Source: Armatimonadota bacterium (GTDB lineage: Bacteria; Armatimonadota; HRBIN16). Taken from it: DNA of 64,000 bases. Of this stretch, positions 61,976-64,000 are shown in pieces. A model generated the notes under the pieces. That model was given only the letters and a program-made list of their open reading frames with translations. It was not told the DNA's origin and ran no database searches. Location: contig OY781964.1 in assembly GCA_963677485.1 (NCBI GenBank), positions 2,272,001 to 2,336,000 of the forward strand, written 5' to 3'. The translations under genes and the position numbers were made by a program. Within the stretch, counting starts at the first letter, position 1. Each line of letters starts with the position of its first letter.

Positions 61976-62500
61976 CTAACCCTCCAGCCAGCGCCGCAAC
62001 TGCTTCGGGCTGCGCAGCACAATCACCGGCTTATCTTCGGCGAAGGCCTGCAGTGTGGCATACATATGCCGGACGGAACGTCGAGGGAACGTCCAGGCGA
62101 CATACCAGAAAAAGGCCCAGTCGATATGCTCCGGGCAGTCGTCCGCGAGGTCGGGACGCGTCTTGCCCAGGTTCGTCACCGCACGGCGGACCACCCGATA
62201 CAGGCACAGCCAGGTGGGGAAGTCCAGCACCACCACGCTGCTGCAGGCCTGCAACCGCCATGGCAGGGTGCGGCCGTAGTGCCCCTCGATAATCCAGCGG
62301 GGCTGCTCGATCAGCTCTTCGACTTTCTCCAAGAACTCCTCGTTGGATGGCTGCGTCCAGTGCGGTTTCCAAAACACGCTGTCGAGGTGGACGACCGGCA
62401 GATCGAGAATCTCAGCCAGTCGGAGTGCCAGTGTGGTCTTCCCTGCGCCGGAGCAGCCGATGATGAGTATCCGCGGGCCAAGCTGTTTGGTGTCAGGCAA
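61976..62500 (-). CDS. P-loop kinase, FlaR/topology-modulation-protein family
   Basis: RILIIGCSGAGKTTLA, VVHLD..FWKP.W, WIIEG.Y, RPDLADDCPE. Confidence 0.85.
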   Translation of the reverse strand: MPDTKQLGPRILIIGCSGAGKTTLALRLAEILDLPVVHLDSVFWKPHWTQPSNEEFLEKVEELIEQPRWIIEGHYGRTLPWRLQACSSVVVLDFPTWLCLYRVVRRAVTNLGKTRPDLADDCPEHIDWAFFWYVAWTFPRRSVRHMYATLQAFAEDKPVIVLRSPKQLRRWLEG

Positions 62501-62559
62501 CGGTGCAGACCTCCTTGGGGTGGTATCGTCAGGGTTATGGTATCAGGTTTACTATGACG

Positions 62560-62966
62560 GGCGACTAAACCCGCGGCAGTGTGGCGGGCATCCTGCGATG
62601 TGGGTGACCCGCCCCGTGTCGACGGGTTCCATCGCCCCAGGGGGCTCCATCACCCGTCGCTGATTAGATGGCTGCCCGCGTCGCTTCGCTCCTGCAGGCG
62701 CTAGCGGAGGGCCATGCGCCTGCTTGCGGGCTGCAAATACCTAGACGCGCGGTGAGGGAACCCCGTTTAGGGACGCCAGTCCCGTGGGGTGACCAGCCCC
62801 CGGCAGCGTGGCGGACATCCTGCGATGTGGGTGACCGGCCCCGTGTCGACGGGTCCATCCCTATCCGTGTCATCCGTTCCATCCGCGTAATCCGTGGTTC
62901 AGACATGCATCGGCGATCACGGGAGATCGTGTCGCTTACCAGAAGGGCGATTCGCGAATCGCCCCT
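62560..62966. repeat. Repeat family B copies, short tandem modules and the REP-like IS110 target
   Basis: 62741-62810 is the reverse complement of the 27121-27310 flanks; 62561-62633 is duplicated at 62790-62860; GGGCGATTCGCGAATCGCCC at 62945. Confidence 0.8.
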
Positions 62967-62984
62967 AGTACGCTATATATGGTG

Positions 62985-63180
62985 AGCTCCCCGGACACCA
63001 AAAGCAGTCGGGGAGCTAATCTCACCCCTTAGCTGGGGGTGAAGGAGAAGGATTGGATGCCGGAACCGCCCCTGGTGGAAAACACCGTGACGTAGATAGG
63101 CATCCTTCTCCCAATCAACCCATATCGAACAGTATCTTGGGAGAAAACCCCGTGTTCGCTAGGCTGATTTGGTTGATTGC
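62985..63180 (+). ncRNA. Putative IS110 bridge RNA
   Basis: 5' stem-loop followed by two large stem-internal-loop domains whose loops match the target and donor junction sequences (see findings). Confidence 0.78.
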
Positions 63181-63212
63181 ACCATCAATCACTACCAACT
63201 GGAGATTACCAC

Positions 63213-64000
63213 ATGCACGAAGTTGAAGACAAAATCTACATCCATTATGTCGGGATCGACATCTCGAAATTGACGTTTGACGCGTCTGTATTAGGTTCAT
63301 CGCACAAGCCGATAGACCATAAGGAGTTCAAGAACAACAAGGCCGGATACAAGGAGTTGTTGTCATGGGTGAAGAAGCTTACCCGAACTCCCGCCTTGTA
63401 TGCGGCTGAAGCCACCGGGCCTTACAGCCGACCGCTGCTTGATTACCTCTACGAGCACCAGCACGATGCTGTCCAACTGGAGCCAAAACGGGTTCTCTAT
63501 CACCGCAAAGCCAAAGGCTGGGAACAAAAGACGGACTGCTCTGACAGCGTGCTAATCGCTGACTATGTGAAAAGTCACAATGTCTCACTCTATGTCCCTC
63601 GTCTAGCATGCTATGATGCGCTTATTGGTTACACCAATGACCGCCGTATGCTGGTGCAACACAGACAGGCGATCGCCCAGCGCCAAAGCTGTCGGCTTAC
63701 GCGGAGCACAGTGCTGGACGAGATGATCGCTTTTCATGACATGGGCATCAAAAAGCTTGATGTTCAGATCAAAGAGCTTGTGATGAGTTCACCGCAGATG
63801 ACCGAAGATATGGCTCTGCTGAAGAGCATTCCGGGTATCGGCGACGTCACAGCAAGCTATTTCCTTGCGAAAATCGGTGATGCTAAACGATTTGAAACAT
63901 CGAAAGCGGTCGCGCGCTATTTCGGAATGAACCCCTGCCCGCAACGGTCAGGAAGCTGCAAGACATACGACGGCTCCATATCCAAGATGGGTGACCGATA
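63213..64000 (+). CDS. IS110 DEDD recombinase/transposase (3'-truncated by the window; absent from the ORF track)
   Basis: Hand translation is open to the window end: YVGIDISK, AEATGPY, KTDCSD, SIPGIG, RFETSK..ARYFGMNP..QRSGS, ISKMGD; GGAG RBS at 63201. Confidence 0.92.
   Translation, partial: MHEVEDKIYIHYVGIDISKLTFDASVLGSSHKPIDHKEFKNNKAGYKELLSWVKKLTRTPALYAAEATGPYSRPLLDYLYEHQHDAVQLEPKRVLYHRKAKGWEQKTDCSDSVLIADYVKSHNVSLYVPRLACYDALIGYTNDRRMLVQHRQAIAQRQSCRLTRSTVLDEMIAFHDMGIKKLDVQIKELVMSSPQMTEDMALLKSIPGIGDVTASYFLAKIGDAKRFETSKAVARYFGMNPCPQRSGSCKTYDGSISKMGDR

Larger units (their letters stand above)
62965..64000 (+). mobile_element. IS110-family insertion sequence (left end; runs off the window)
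   Basis: Begins at a CT core interrupting a REP-like palindrome; ~250-bp structured non-coding end; DEDD recombinase ORF. Confidence 0.88.

Noticed and set aside
63115-63609. Minus-strand ORFs listed at the right edge
   Set aside because: They are antisense to the IS110 recombinase frame, which is the real gene.

Overview
Bacterial chromosomal window of moderately high GC. Its content (many secreted glycan-active and URO-D-like proteins, rapZ-yvcK, fused secDF) is suggestive of Armatimonadota, but that is inference only. Housekeeping islands are yvlD-rapZ-yvcK-polX(N)-mpg, mntH-usp, a surface-polysaccharide operon with an embedded udk, rsgA-spoIID and secDF-recJ. They alternate with paralog expansions: eight copies of an STN/N0-like secreted protein, four exported proteins with divergent bodies but near-identical C-terminal modules, three small Zn-finger proteins and two 1287-aa glycosidase-like paralogs. 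Intergenic regions are mosaics of several repeat families: GTAG-type REP-like palindromes, a ~150-bp REPIN/MITE-like element, 8-9-bp tandem modules, and a 115-bp MITE with a 9-bp TSD. At the right edge is an IS110 element missed by the ORF track and intact as far as the window goes. It is inserted in a REP-like palindrome, and its non-coding left end reads as a bridge RNA whose guide segments match its own insertion site. Two single-base frameshifts are probably sequencing errors. No rRNA, tRNA or CRISPR array was recognised.
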